This document shows positions 52,241 through 62,613 of a stretch of DNA of 64,000 nt, one piece after another. Position numbers and translations under genes: made by a program. Source of the stretch: Bacillota bacterium (GTDB lineage: Bacteria > Bacillota > Ch66 > Ch109); assembly GCA_050952625.1 (NCBI GenBank), contig JBMNLH010000005.1:64001-128000 (forward strand). The letters run 5' to 3'. Below the pieces are notes generated by a model that saw only the letters and a program-made list of their open reading frames with translations, was not told the DNA's origin and made no database searches. The number at the start of each line of letters is the position of its first letter. Within the stretch, counting starts at the first letter, position 1.

Positions 52241-52960
52241 TTGAGTAAATTAATTGTCCTATTTATTGCTGGTTTTATTGGACTATCGCTTCGTTACATA
52301 ATTTTAGGAGATTTTGAAATTGATCAACTGCTATCGTTGCTTTTATTCCCTGCTGGTTCTATGCTGGTATTTTTTATTCTGAAATGGCAGTATAACAAAG
52401 ATCGCGATTTTCAACCCAACCAAAGTAAAAACAAAATGGTTACTCGCTTAGGCGATAGGGTTTCGACAACGCCTAAACAAATGTACCGAGATAAGGTCCA
52501 TATTGGATCTTATCATCGATTTTACAATAAATGGTGGCAGCGGATCATTGCGGATATATTTGATGATCCAGGTCGCTGGTATCTTAATCTAATATTTACA
52601 TTGCACAGCGGTGATCGGGCTGTTATTAAAGGCGAAAATGATAATAAAATTATCGGGAACATTGCATGGGTTATTTATAAGAATGATAAAGAGGTAGGAA
52701 CGATTAGTACCGATTATTCCGTAAAAAATGCAATAAAATTTCTAGAAAGTCTTCATCTTCAATATGGCAATAATACATATCATTTTAGGTCGTATAGTTT
52801 ACGATCAAAAACAGAAATTTACTATGATAATTACGTTATTGCTACAGGTGAAAGAGCAGAAGGGGCCGTTTATGAATTAACAATTGACCCGGCCTTTAAA
52901 CATGATTGGGACATGCTATTTATGGTTTATATTTTGTTTAATTATAATTTTAGTCAATAA
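52241..52960 (+). CDS. Hypothetical membrane protein, AT-rich (possible tubby-C/LURP-like domain)
   Basis: Two N-terminal TM helices, beta-rich C-terminal domain, RBS GGGAGGG. Confidence 0.7.
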   Translation: MSKLIVLFIAGFIGLSLRYIILGDFEIDQLLSLLLFPAGSMLVFFILKWQYNKDRDFQPNQSKNKMVTRLGDRVSTTPKQMYRDKVHIGSYHRFYNKWWQRIIADIFDDPGRWYLNLIFTLHSGDRAVIKGENDNKIIGNIAWVIYKNDKEVGTISTDYSVKNAIKFLESLHLQYGNNTYHFRSYSLRSKTEIYYDNYVIATGERAEGAVYELTIDPAFKHDWDMLFMVYILFNYNFSQ

Positions 52961-53097
52961 TTGGCATCCTAGTTTACCGTTGACCGGTCTCAGCCAGGCC
53001 GGTACAATCAAGAAGAGATTTCGATTAATTCTACCTTTAATAATTTTCACCATTCATGTTTCTCCATTCATGTTTTATCTAGGGAGCAGGTGAGTTA

Positions 53098-55326
53098 ATG
53101 GGCAAACCGGCTGATGGTGTCTTTAAATTGAAAGCTGACTATTCACCGCAGGGAGATCAGCCTAAGGCAATTGCCGCCTTGACCGAGGGAGTCCGACAGG
53201 GAATGCGGCATCAGACCCTGCTGGGAGTGACCGGTTCCGGCAAGACTTTTACGATGGCGCAGGTGATTCAGCAGGTCCAGAGACCGACCTTGGTCATTGC
53301 CCATAACAAAACCTTAGCGGCCCAGCTCTGTGCGGAGTTTAAAGAGTTCTTTCCGGATAATGCGGTGGAGTACTTTGTCAGCTATTACGATTATTATCAA
53401 CCAGAGGCTTATGTGCCGCAATCAGATACCTACATTGAGAAGGATTCCTCGATTAATGACGAGATTGATAAGCTGCGGCACTCAGCTACTGCGGCCTTGC
53501 TGGAACGCCGGGACGTGATTATTGTGGCCAGCGTCTCCTGCATCTATGGTCTAGGCTCGCCGGAGGACTACCACCTGATGATGGTTTCCCTGCGGGAGGG
53601 CATGACCTGTGATCGGGATGAGGTGCTGCGCCGACTGGTCGATATTCAATATAACCGTAATGACGTGAATTTTACCCGGGGGACGTTTCGGGTGCGCGGC
53701 GATGTGGTAGAAATATTCCCGGTCTCTTTTACGGAAAAAGCGATCCGCGTCGAGTTCTTCGGGGATGAGATTGAACGAATCATGGAGATTGACACCTTGA
53801 CCGGAGAAATTCTTGGTCTCCGGCGCCACGTGGCGATTTTTCCGGCCAGTCACTATGTAACCACCCCGGAAAAGCTGGAGGCGGCCTGGCGGGGGATTGA
53901 GGAAGAACTGGAAGTCCAATTGGCCCAGTTAAAAGCTAAGGACAAGCTGTTGGAGGTGCAGCGTCTGGAGCAGCGGACCCGGCACGATCTGGAGATGCTG
54001 CGGGAGATTGGTTTCTGTACTGGAATTGAAAACTACTCCCGGCATTTGACCGGCCGCCAGCCTGGGGAGGCCCCGTTTACCCTGCTGGACTTTTTCCCCA
54101 AGGATTTCTTGGTCTTTGTAGATGAATCTCATATGACGATTCCCCAGATCCGGGGGATGTATGAAGGGGACTTTTCCCGCAAGACAACCCTGGTGGACTA
54201 CGGATTCCGCCTGCCTTCGGCGATTGATAACCGTCCCCTGCGGTTTCCCGAGTTTGAAGCCCGGGTCAACCAGGCGATCTATGTCAGTGCTACCCCCGGT
54301 CCTTACGAACTGGAACACAGCCAGCAGGTCGTGGAACAGGTGATTCGGCCAACTGGTCTGGTGGACCCAGAGGTGGAGGTGCGCCCGGTCAAGGGCCAGA
54401 TTGATGATCTGCTGGAAGAGATTCGGCTGCGGGTGGCACGGCAGGAGCGCGTCCTGGTGACTACGTTGACTAAAAAAATGGCGGAGGATCTAACGACGTA
54501 TCTGCAAGAATTGGGGATTAAGGTACGTTACCTCCATTCCGATATCGATACGCTGGAACGGATGATTATCCTGCGGGATTTGCGGTTAGGCGTTTTTGAC
54601 GTGTTGGTTGGGATTAACCTGTTGCGGGAGGGGCTGGACCTGCCCGAGGTTTCACTGGTGGCCATTCTGGATGCGGATAAAGAGGGTTTCCTGCGCTCCG
54701 AAAGATCCTTGATTCAGACGATCGGCCGGGCGGCTCGAAACGTGGAGGGCCGGGTTTTGATGTACGCGGATAAGGTCACGGCTTCCATGCAGAAAGCCAT
54801 TGATGAGACTAACCGGCGCCGGCAGTTGCAGATGGATTATAATGAGCGGCATGGGATTACCCCGGCCACGGTCACCAAGGCCGTACGGGAGGTGCTGGAA
54901 ATAACCCGAGCCGCGGAGTCGATTCAGCCCGAGACCGCTCTCGATCGAGTAGCGGAAGGCACGGCCGGTTATCTGACACGACAACAAATAATAGAGCTGC
55001 CGCCCGGTGAACGGCGTCAGTTCATCGCTGATTTAGAGCGGGATATGCAGGAGGCAGCCCGGCGCTTGGAGTTTGAGCGGGCGGCGGAGATGCGCGATTT
55101 GCTCATTGAATTGAAAGGGATCTGGGGGATGGGGACTGCTCGGCCTTCAGACAAGCCCGAAAAAGCAGCAGTTATTAAGTCAGGCCGGCGGGCTGGTAAA
55201 AGTACTGGTCAAAAGAGTAATGGTCAAAAAATTACCGGTCAAAAAAGCACCGGCAAAAGAGGCGTTGGCTCCAAAGGGGCTGGTACAAGAGACTCCAATC
55301 AAAAACAAAAAAAGGCAAAGGTTTAG
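53098..55326 (+). CDS. uvrB: Excinuclease ABC subunit B
   Basis: [42 protein letters not shown] domain. Confidence 0.98.
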   Translation: MGKPADGVFKLKADYSPQGDQPKAIAALTEGVRQGMRHQTLLGVTGSGKTFTMAQVIQQVQRPTLVIAHNKTLAAQLCAEFKEFFPDNAVEYFVSYYDYYQPEAYVPQSDTYIEKDSSINDEIDKLRHSATAALLERRDVIIVASVSCIYGLGSPEDYHLMMVSLREGMTCDRDEVLRRLVDIQYNRNDVNFTRGTFRVRGDVVEIFPVSFTEKAIRVEFFGDEIERIMEIDTLTGEILGLRRHVAIFPASHYVTTPEKLEAAWRGIEEELEVQLAQLKAKDKLLEVQRLEQRTRHDLEMLREIGFCTGIENYSRHLTGRQPGEAPFTLLDFFPKDFLVFVDESHMTIPQIRGMYEGDFSRKTTLVDYGFRLPSAIDNRPLRFPEFEARVNQAIYVSATPGPYELEHSQQVVEQVIRPTGLVDPEVEVRPVKGQIDDLLEEIRLRVARQERVLVTTLTKKMAEDLTTYLQELGIKVRYLHSDIDTLERMIILRDLRLGVFDVLVGINLLREGLDLPEVSLVAILDADKEGFLRSERSLIQTIGRAARNVEGRVLMYADKVTASMQKAIDETNRRRQLQMDYNERHGITPATVTKAVREVLEITRAAESIQPETALDRVAEGTAGYLTRQQIIELPPGERRQFIADLERDMQEAARRLEFERAAEMRDLLIELKGIWGMGTARPSDKPEKAAVIKSGRRAGKSTGQKSNGQKITGQKSTGKRGVGSKGAGTRDSNQKQKKAKV

Positions 55327-55343
55327 TTAGTCTAGATAGAATA

Positions 55344-55441
55344 GCGGGAAAGGTTTGCCGGTGGGCCCGTAAACGCGTCCCGTGCTTGTTCGTGAAGTTG
55401 ATGAATCAGGAATCCCGCGAATTTATCCGTGTGAGGTTCAA
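55344..55441 (+). mobile_element. Orphan IS605-type right end / omegaRNA-like scaffold
   Basis: GATGAATCAGGAATCCCGCGAATTTATCCGTGTGAGGTTCAA: subterminal hairpin ending TCAA; no tnpB upstream. Confidence 0.6.
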
Positions 55442-55490
55442 AAGAAGCGAGGCTGACGTTCGTTAACACACTGAGTAAGAAAATTATTCC

Positions 55491-55520
55491 AGGCTGTAAC
55501 ATTAATGTTACAGCCTTTTT
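55491..55520 (+). terminator. Perfect 26-bp palindrome followed by T-tract
   Basis: AGGCTGTAACATTAATGTTACAGCCT-TTTT. Confidence 0.7.
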
Positions 55521-55795
55521 ACATAATCTCAGAAAGTATAAGTGGACTTTCTGATTATAAGTAAGTGCAGCTAATGCTTCTACCTGGGCCGAAGGCTTGG
55601 CGTAAGCCAAATTTTCTTTAACCCTTGTCTGCCAAGGAATGTAAAATCTATCTATAACTATAGGTATTATTATATTGGAAAATATTGCACAGCGTTATAA
55701 ATTATGCTATATTTAAGAAACAGAACTTCCTTATAAATCTGGCTCATCTTAATACTGCTTAGTAGAAGGATACTCTGTAACAGGAAGGGAGATGG

Positions 55796-58117
55796 ATGAT
55801 GTTTAAAACGCTAAAAGGGAAAATCATTTTCTATTCGGCCATGGCTTTATTAGCGATGCAGGTGATTTTAGTCTTTGTTCTGTTACACTTTCATAGTCAT
55901 GAACTAGAGCTGATTAATAAAAGTGAGGAAGCAGCGAATGGCCATTTGGGCAATTTAATCAGCTTGACCATGGACTCATACCTTAAAGCAGCCCGGACTG
56001 GGGTGGAAAGTGTGGCGGCAAATCCAGAGGTAATCAGGGCCTTTGCGGATCGCGATCGAGAGCGGTTAATTCAGCTTTGCGGACCAATTTTTGATCAGGT
56101 CAAAGAGCAGGGAATTGACCAATTTGGCTTTCAGACGGCTGATTATCAGTCCTTCCTGCGGCTGCACCAGCCGGATCAGTTTGGGGATGATCTCTCCTAC
56201 CGACAGACTTTGGTTAAGGCCAGCCAGGAAAAGCAGTTAGTAACCGGGCTGGAAAAAGGCAAGGCCGGCTTTGGTTTTCGAGCGGTAGCCCCACTTTTTA
56301 TGAATAATACCTATCTGGGGACGGTCGATTATGGGGCTGGTTTTGGCCAACAGTTTGCTAATGAGCTAAAGAATAAAACCGGTTATGAGGTATTTATTTA
56401 TGAGACGACTGGAACCGGCCAGGGTAATTTGCTGGCTGGCACTAGTCCCCAAGATGAGTTGTCTCTCGATTCGGCAGAACTTTCCAGCAATCTGCAGTCA
56501 GGTCAGCTTTATTCACCCCAAATAGAAACCGGCCAGGCGATAGTTTATCCGTTCCGGGATTATTCTGGACAGGTCCAGGGCTACATTAAACTGTTCAACC
56601 GGGAAGCGGGAAGCACGAAGGTGTCGATGGCTGAGTTATATGAAGCCTTAACGTTTTCCGCGCTTACTTTGCTGCTGGGCCTGGTGGTGATCTATCTGGT
56701 CGTGTCTCGGAACTTACGCCCGCTGCGGGAGGTAGCCCAGACCATAAATATTATTAAAATGAAAGGGTTCCATCAAGAATTCACCGTGGCCGAGCAGAAT
56801 GAAATTGGCGAGGCGATAACCGCCTTAAATCAATTAACGAATGCATTTAATGACTCTATTCGCTCGATGCAGGAACGAACTTTGGATACGGTTCAAGCCA
56901 TGGAACGCTTGCGCGGAGAAATGGAGACAGCGGAAGGTGCGATTAAGGAGGTTGTCTCGACCAATGACGAATTTGGCCAACAATTCGGGATGGTGGTGGA
57001 AAATACGCAACAGGCCGTGCTGGCCATGAATGAAATTGCCAAGGGAGCGGAAGAAATCGCCAATTCAGCTTTGCGCGCCTCGGAGAATAGCAGTGAAACC
57101 AACGATCAGGCGGAACAAACCAATATTAAGGTTCGCAGTGTGGAACAGATGATGCAAGAGATGACCCGGGCGGCTAAAGAAGCGGTCCAGAGTGTGGAGG
57201 AGATGCAGGGGTCTTCGGCTCAGATCGGAGAGATTTTGGATATTATTGTGGCGATTGCGGAGCAGACCAATCTCTTAGCCCTGAATGCGGCGATTGAGGC
57301 GGCTAGGGCTGGGGAGCAAGGGCGAGGTTTTGCGGTAGTTGCGGAGGAAATTCGAAAACTGGCCGAGGATACGAAAAAATCTACCCGCACGATTACTGCC
57401 TTGCTGGAGAATATTCGAACCAGTACTGCCGGGACCGTGGCCTCCATCACGAATATTGATCAGGCTACAGCCCACAGCACTCAATTGATCGAAGAAATGT
57501 TAACTGATATTCAGATTATTACCCAGAAAGTGGCGGCGATTAATTCTCAGATTCAAAACGTGGCCGCCGCGACCGAAGAGCAGACCGCTGCCAGTGAGCA
57601 AGTCTCCGCGGCGATGACCGAAATTGGCGAGGTCAGCCAACGTACCCTAAATTCGCTAGATCGAGTTAAGGATCGGATTGCGGAACTGACCGAATTCATT
57701 GCCCATACCGGGCAAACTTTAACTGAAGCCCGCCGAGTCTCTTTACGGTGGAATTATTATGAAATGAGAGAGAATATTCGACAGCGGCAGCAGGAGCATG
57801 AGCAATGGGTGGCCAACCTGCGTCAATTTAAACCGGTTGAAGAGAACCCGACCCGGTGTAAGTTTGGGCAGTTTTACTACAGTTATGAACCGACGGTGCC
57901 TGAACTGCGGGAGGTATATCGTCGGTTCGAACAACCGCACCGGCTGCTGCATGAGGGTGGGCACCAAGTGCTGCAACTTGTTCAGGCTGGCCGGGAGGCA
58001 GAGGCCAGGCAGGCTTTAGCGAAAGTCGAAGCCCATTATCAAGAAATGAAGGTAGTGTTTGATGAGTTTTATCTGGTCATGGAGCGGTTGTTTGAAAAGG
58101 GGACGAATATGTTCTAG
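55796..58117 (+). CDS. Methyl-accepting chemotaxis protein with Cache domain and C-terminal CZB zinc-binding domain
   Basis: FLRLHQP..GDDLS; MCP hairpin; HEQW..CKFGQFY..HRLLH. Confidence 0.92.
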   Translation: MMFKTLKGKIIFYSAMALLAMQVILVFVLLHFHSHELELINKSEEAANGHLGNLISLTMDSYLKAARTGVESVAANPEVIRAFADRDRERLIQLCGPIFDQVKEQGIDQFGFQTADYQSFLRLHQPDQFGDDLSYRQTLVKASQEKQLVTGLEKGKAGFGFRAVAPLFMNNTYLGTVDYGAGFGQQFANELKNKTGYEVFIYETTGTGQGNLLAGTSPQDELSLDSAELSSNLQSGQLYSPQIETGQAIVYPFRDYSGQVQGYIKLFNREAGSTKVSMAELYEALTFSALTLLLGLVVIYLVVSRNLRPLREVAQTINIIKMKGFHQEFTVAEQNEIGEAITALNQLTNAFNDSIRSMQERTLDTVQAMERLRGEMETAEGAIKEVVSTNDEFGQQFGMVVENTQQAVLAMNEIAKGAEEIANSALRASENSSETNDQAEQTNIKVRSVEQMMQEMTRAAKEAVQSVEEMQGSSAQIGEILDIIVAIAEQTNLLALNAAIEAARAGEQGRGFAVVAEEIRKLAEDTKKSTRTITALLENIRTSTAGTVASITNIDQATAHSTQLIEEMLTDIQIITQKVAAINSQIQNVAAATEEQTAASEQVSAAMTEIGEVSQRTLNSLDRVKDRIAELTEFIAHTGQTLTEARRVSLRWNYYEMRENIRQRQQEHEQWVANLRQFKPVEENPTRCKFGQFYYSYEPTVPELREVYRRFEQPHRLLHEGGHQVLQLVQAGREAEARQALAKVEAHYQEMKVVFDEFYLVMERLFEKGTNMF

Positions 58118-58132
58118 AATTGGGTGAATTAA

Positions 58133-59392
58133 TTGGAAATCAATCTGGTACCGTGGCTGATAAATTTAGCCCGTAGTCTCGATTTTTCCAGCCGGGGGTT
58201 AATGCGGCATCATCAACGGGTGTCCATAATGTCTTTAGGTCTGGGCCAAGCCGCCGGTCTGGGGCAGGACGCGCTTTTTGACCTGTTTAAGGCGGCGATT
58301 ATCCATGATGCTGGCGCGGTCACCTGGCAAGAAAAATTGGCCTTAGAAAATTTCGACACGGCCAATCCCTGGCCCCACTGTCGGCAGGGTTACCAATTGA
58401 CGTCGGGAATACCGACCTTTGAGTCTGTGGCGGAGACTATCCTGTCGCACCATGATCACTGGGTTGGGGGCAATCCTTCCGGGCTTAGCCGGAGTGAGAT
58501 TCCGCTGTCTAGTCGCATTATTCATCTGGTCGACCGGGTCGATGTCTTGATCCGCGATGAGGTGTACATCCTTGAACAACGCCGGGAAATACTTCAACGG
58601 ATTCGGAATTTGTCGGGCCAGATTTTTGACCCTGACTTGGTCGACCTTTTTAGCGATTTAACCCGGAATGAGGGTTTCTGGCTGAACCTAGTTTCTCCCT
58701 GGACCTATAACAGTCTTTTGCAACTCGTGCCTTTTCGGTGGATCAGGGTAACAAGTGAAAGGCTCTTGGAACTGGCGGAGCTTTTTGCCCGGGTGGTTGA
58801 CGCTAAAAGCCCTTTTACTTACCGACATTCGTGCGGGGTAGCCGCAACGGCGAAATTCTTAGCTCAGAAAGCCGGTTTGCCCCCAAAAGAGTGGGCGTTG
58901 CTGGAAGTAGCCGGGCTGTTGCATGATTTAGGTAAACTGGCGGTACCGGAAGAGATTATCGAGAAGCCGGGGGCCTTAACTAGAACGGAGATGAATCTGG
59001 TTAAGCAGCACACTTACCATACATACTGGCTGCTTAAACCGATGCTGGCTAAATACCCCCTGGCCGAGTGGGCCGCTTTCCATCACGAAAGACTTGACGG
59101 CCGGGGTTATCCGTTTCGTAAAGTCAAGAATGAATTGGATGTATCGAGCCGGATTATGGCGGTGGCGGACATCTATACTGCTTTGCGGGAGGATCGACCC
59201 TATCGCAAAGGGTTAACCTGGACCGAGCTTGAGGGGGTTATCAGGAAAAAGGTGCTAAGTGGGGCCCTGGATCCGGATTTGGCGGACCTGCTGTTTGAAA
59301 ATCGGCGGGACCTGGATGAAAGCTGGGCCGAGTTGACTTATGGTAAGCGCGCTGATCACCGCCCGCTTGCCGCTAAGATCAATTGGCCGTAA
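58133..59392 (+). CDS. Tandem HD / HD-GYP c-di-GMP phosphodiesterase-like protein
   Basis: IIHDAG, LLHDLGK, HHERLDGRGYP, EDRPYR. Confidence 0.92.
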   Translation: MEINLVPWLINLARSLDFSSRGLMRHHQRVSIMSLGLGQAAGLGQDALFDLFKAAIIHDAGAVTWQEKLALENFDTANPWPHCRQGYQLTSGIPTFESVAETILSHHDHWVGGNPSGLSRSEIPLSSRIIHLVDRVDVLIRDEVYILEQRREILQRIRNLSGQIFDPDLVDLFSDLTRNEGFWLNLVSPWTYNSLLQLVPFRWIRVTSERLLELAELFARVVDAKSPFTYRHSCGVAATAKFLAQKAGLPPKEWALLEVAGLLHDLGKLAVPEEIIEKPGALTRTEMNLVKQHTYHTYWLLKPMLAKYPLAEWAAFHHERLDGRGYPFRKVKNELDVSSRIMAVADIYTALREDRPYRKGLTWTELEGVIRKKVLSGALDPDLADLLFENRRDLDESWAELTYGKRADHRPLAAKINWP

Positions 59393-59431
59393 GTGGTTAT
59401 TAGATAGTGAGTGGTTATTAGATAAGTTTTT

Positions 59432-59482
59432 ATGAGTCCGAAGGTTTTGTGAGTCCGAAGGTTTTGTGAGTCCGAAAGGTTG
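59432..59482 (+). repeat. Three 17-bp tandem repeats
   Basis: (TGAGTCCGAAGGTTTTG) x ~3; GTGGTTATTAGATA x2 just upstream. Confidence 0.75.
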
Positions 59483-59753
59483 GTTGATTCCTCTGCCGGA
59501 ATCAGCCTGCTTTGTTTTTATTGAATTAATTTTATTGAATTAGAATAAAAAGATTCCCGATGAAAACAAAAAGACTCCCGCATCTATAAGCGGGATTACC
59601 TTGGGCAAATTTCAGGTGGAATTAGAGTCTTCACCACCTAGAAGGCATAATCAGCTATGGGCTAAAAAAGGACATTGACGGCAAGTAACATGTTTAGATA
59701 AAATTCAAGAGGTAGACTCATTTTAGCCAGAGAATAGTAATAAGAGACTGAAT

Positions 59754-59771
59754 TTGTGATTAAATTTACAT
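59754..59771. promoter_or_regulatory. Putative Rex (NADH/NAD+ sensor) operator
   Basis: TTGTGATTAAATTTACAT vs consensus TTGTGAA-N4-TTCACAA, upstream of the hydrogenase operon. Confidence 0.55.
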
Positions 59772-59916
59772 ATTAGTATACAAAGTAGATTAATTTTTGT
59801 CAACCTTTGTCTTGCCAATTACTGACCTGCGTTATCATCCAGCGCGATCAGTTTTTCATGTTCTGATGGTGTTGCTTAACGGACATGAGTAATTTGGAGT
59901 AATTAATTTTCAGGAG

Positions 59917-61830
59917 GTGTATGTGGTGAAGGCATTTCGTTTGCCTGCAACTGACTTGGCTGCGTTTATCGAACGGTTGGCCGGTCAGTATACGATCCTT
60001 GGGCCAGTGCCCCGAGGCCCAGGAGCCGTCTTTGGTGAAGTCAAGACTGCGGACCAGCTTAAGCTTGATTTTGGGCAGACATTCTATTCCCCGAAAAAGT
60101 ATTTTCATCCCCCGGTGCAGACTCTGATTACTTTTCAAGACCGTCAAATAGTCGAAAAGGCCGGGGAAGCCGATGAATCGATCAATCCGCGAATTATTTT
60201 CGGGATACGTCCTTGTGACATGAACGCCTTAACCAACCTGGACCAGGTTTTTGGCGAGGCCTATCCGGATCCTTACTACCAACGGCAAAGAAAAAATACG
60301 CTAATTGTGGCACTAAACTGCAATCAACCTTGTAAGAACGGTTTTTGCACTTCGTTTAATACCGGTCCGGCAGCCGAAAAAGGGTATGACCTGGCCTTAA
60401 CTGACCTGGGAGACACCTATTTGGTAGAGGTGGGCAGTGAAGCCGGACAAGCCTTGGCAGCTGGCCTGACGCCGGCGACTGAGGCAGACCAAACCGCAGC
60501 AAAGCAAGTGATTGACTCCTGCCGGCAGAGCATGACTCGGCGGATTGAGGTCGAAAACCTGGGTGATTTTATGCACCAACGGGTTGACCATCCGCACTGG
60601 CAGGAACTGAAAGAGAAGTGCTTGGCTTGCGGCAGTTGTACTAATGTTTGTCCCACTTGTTTTTGTTTTGCGGTGCAGGATCAGACTGATCTGACTCTCC
60701 AAAATGGAGTGCGGGAGCGGGTTTGGGATTCCTGCCAATACTATAAGTTTTCTCGGGTAGCCCTGGACCACGTTTTCCGGCCGGACCGAGCCGCCCGGAT
60801 CAAACAGCGGTTGTTCCATAAATTTGCTTATTATGAGCAGCAGTTTGACGTGGTTGGTTGTGTCGGCTGCGGGCGTTGCGTGTCGACCTGTATCGTTAAG
60901 ATTGATCCGGTCGAGGTCGTGGCGGCCCTGCAAGAGGGAGTGCCGGAGCAAAAGCCAGCGCAGCGTTTTCGGCCGACTCGCCGGGGTAGTTGTCCCAGTG
61001 AGAATCCCTATACCCCCTATCCAGCGGTTATTAAGGCGATTAAACAGCAGACCAAGGATACCGCGACCTATACTCTGGCCTTCACGGATGAGCAATTACG
61101 GCAAGAGTATAGTTTTGACCCGGGCACCTTTAATATGGTCAGTGTGTTTGGCGTTGGCGAAGCCCCGATTTCGATCAGTTCCGGGGCTGACGAAAAAGAC
61201 TGTTTTGAACATACCATTCGGGCGGTCGGCAATCTAACCAATTTCTTGACCACCCTGAAAGTAGGCGATACCGTTGGGATTCGCGGGCCTTATGGCTACG
61301 GCTGGCCAGTTGAAGAAATGAAAGGCAAGAACGTGCTGGTCGTGGCCGGCGGAATTGGGCTGGCACCCCTGCGACCGGTGCTCAAGCATATTATTAATCG
61401 TCGGCCGGAATACGGTAAGTTAGAAATCCTGTATGGGGCGCGAAACCCCCAAGAAATGCTGTTCACCGATGAGTTCAGCCAGTGGCGCACCTGGCCGGAT
61501 ACCAATCTGCTGTTGACGGTCGATTCTCCAGCCGGGACTGACTGGACCGAGAATGTCGGCGTGGTGACCACCCTCTTTAACCAGATGACGGTGGAGCCGG
61601 AGAATACCATTGTGGTAACCTGCGGCCCCGGGATCATGATGAAGTTTGCGGTCCGCGATTTGCTTGCCCGCGGTTTTAAACCGGAGCAGATTTTTGTATC
61701 GCTGGAACGTCGGATGAGCTGCGGGATTAAAAAATGCGGTAACTGCCAGATTGGCCCGCTGTTTGTTTGTCAGGATGGCCCGGTCTTCCGTTATTCAGAG
61801 GTTAAAGACCTGCCGGAAGATATTTTTTAG
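59917..61830 (+). CDS. Fused beta (4Fe-4S) + gamma (FAD/NAD, 2Fe-2S) subunits of a group 3b hydrogenase/sulfhydrogenase
   Basis: CLACGSCTNVCPTCFCF, CVGCGRC; GEAPISI, RGPYG, GGIGLAP, MSCGIKKCGNC. Confidence 0.9.
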   Translation: MYVVKAFRLPATDLAAFIERLAGQYTILGPVPRGPGAVFGEVKTADQLKLDFGQTFYSPKKYFHPPVQTLITFQDRQIVEKAGEADESINPRIIFGIRPCDMNALTNLDQVFGEAYPDPYYQRQRKNTLIVALNCNQPCKNGFCTSFNTGPAAEKGYDLALTDLGDTYLVEVGSEAGQALAAGLTPATEADQTAAKQVIDSCRQSMTRRIEVENLGDFMHQRVDHPHWQELKEKCLACGSCTNVCPTCFCFAVQDQTDLTLQNGVRERVWDSCQYYKFSRVALDHVFRPDRAARIKQRLFHKFAYYEQQFDVVGCVGCGRCVSTCIVKIDPVEVVAALQEGVPEQKPAQRFRPTRRGSCPSENPYTPYPAVIKAIKQQTKDTATYTLAFTDEQLRQEYSFDPGTFNMVSVFGVGEAPISISSGADEKDCFEHTIRAVGNLTNFLTTLKVGDTVGIRGPYGYGWPVEEMKGKNVLVVAGGIGLAPLRPVLKHIINRRPEYGKLEILYGARNPQEMLFTDEFSQWRTWPDTNLLLTVDSPAGTDWTENVGVVTTLFNQMTVEPENTIVVTCGPGIMMKFAVRDLLARGFKPEQIFVSLERRMSCGIKKCGNCQIGPLFVCQDGPVFRYSEVKDLPEDIF

Positions 61831-61845
61831 AGGGGAGGGTGTGAG

Positions 61846-62613
61846 ATGGCGAAACCGAAAATTGCGGTTTTCAAATTCAGCTCCTGTGCTGGCTGCCAGC
61901 TTTCGATCTTGAATCTTGAGGAGCATTTACTGGATATCGTAGGAGCCGTTGATTTAAGTTACTTTGTCATGGCCAAACGAGAAAATTTGGCCGGGCCATA
62001 TGATATCGGTCTGGTGGAAGGGGCCGTAACTACCACTCGCGAAGTGGAAGAGTTAAAGCAAATTCGGAAAGAGTGCCAGTTGCTGGTCGCTTTGGGTACT
62101 TGCGCTTGTTTCGGCGGGGTCCCTTCAATCAAGAACTTTATCGGTACCCAGAAGGAAATAGAGGCGCGGGTCTACACCCACCTATGGGATATTAATTCTA
62201 TTCCCGCCTATGGGATTGACTATTATGTGCCGGTTGATGCCTACCTGCGCGGTTGTGCGGTAGATCTCGGTGAATTGCTGGAACTGCTCCGTTGTGCTCT
62301 GCTGGGAGTCAGTCCCCGCTATATAACCCATGCCGTTTGCGGCGAGTGCAAGTTAAAAGAGAATGGCTGTCTGTTGTTAGGCAAAGGTCAGCCTTGTATG
62401 GGTTCAGTCACTGCCGGCGGCTGCGGGGCTCTGTGTCCCAGTCTCAATCGAGCCTGTGAGGGCTGCCGCGGTCCATCAGACGACTGCAATGCGGCCTCAT
62501 TGGCCCGGGTTTTCCACGAACAACTGGGTCTGACCAAGGATGACGTGGTCCGGAAGTTCCGCAAGTATGCTGGTAATACACCGCAGTTTAGGAAGGGGGC
62601 GGAGGCACTGTGA
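61846..62613 (+). CDS. NiFe hydrogenase small (delta) subunit
   Basis: SCAGC, GTCACFGG, CGECK, CMG..GCGALCP..CEGCRG. Confidence 0.92.
   Translation: MAKPKIAVFKFSSCAGCQLSILNLEEHLLDIVGAVDLSYFVMAKRENLAGPYDIGLVEGAVTTTREVEELKQIRKECQLLVALGTCACFGGVPSIKNFIGTQKEIEARVYTHLWDINSIPAYGIDYYVPVDAYLRGCAVDLGELLELLRCALLGVSPRYITHAVCGECKLKENGCLLLGKGQPCMGSVTAGGCGALCPSLNRACEGCRGPSDDCNAASLARVFHEQLGLTKDDVVRKFRKYAGNTPQFRKGAEAL

Noticed and set aside
52960-53097. LexA box upstream of uvrB
   Set aside because: No convincing GAAC-N4-GTTC match
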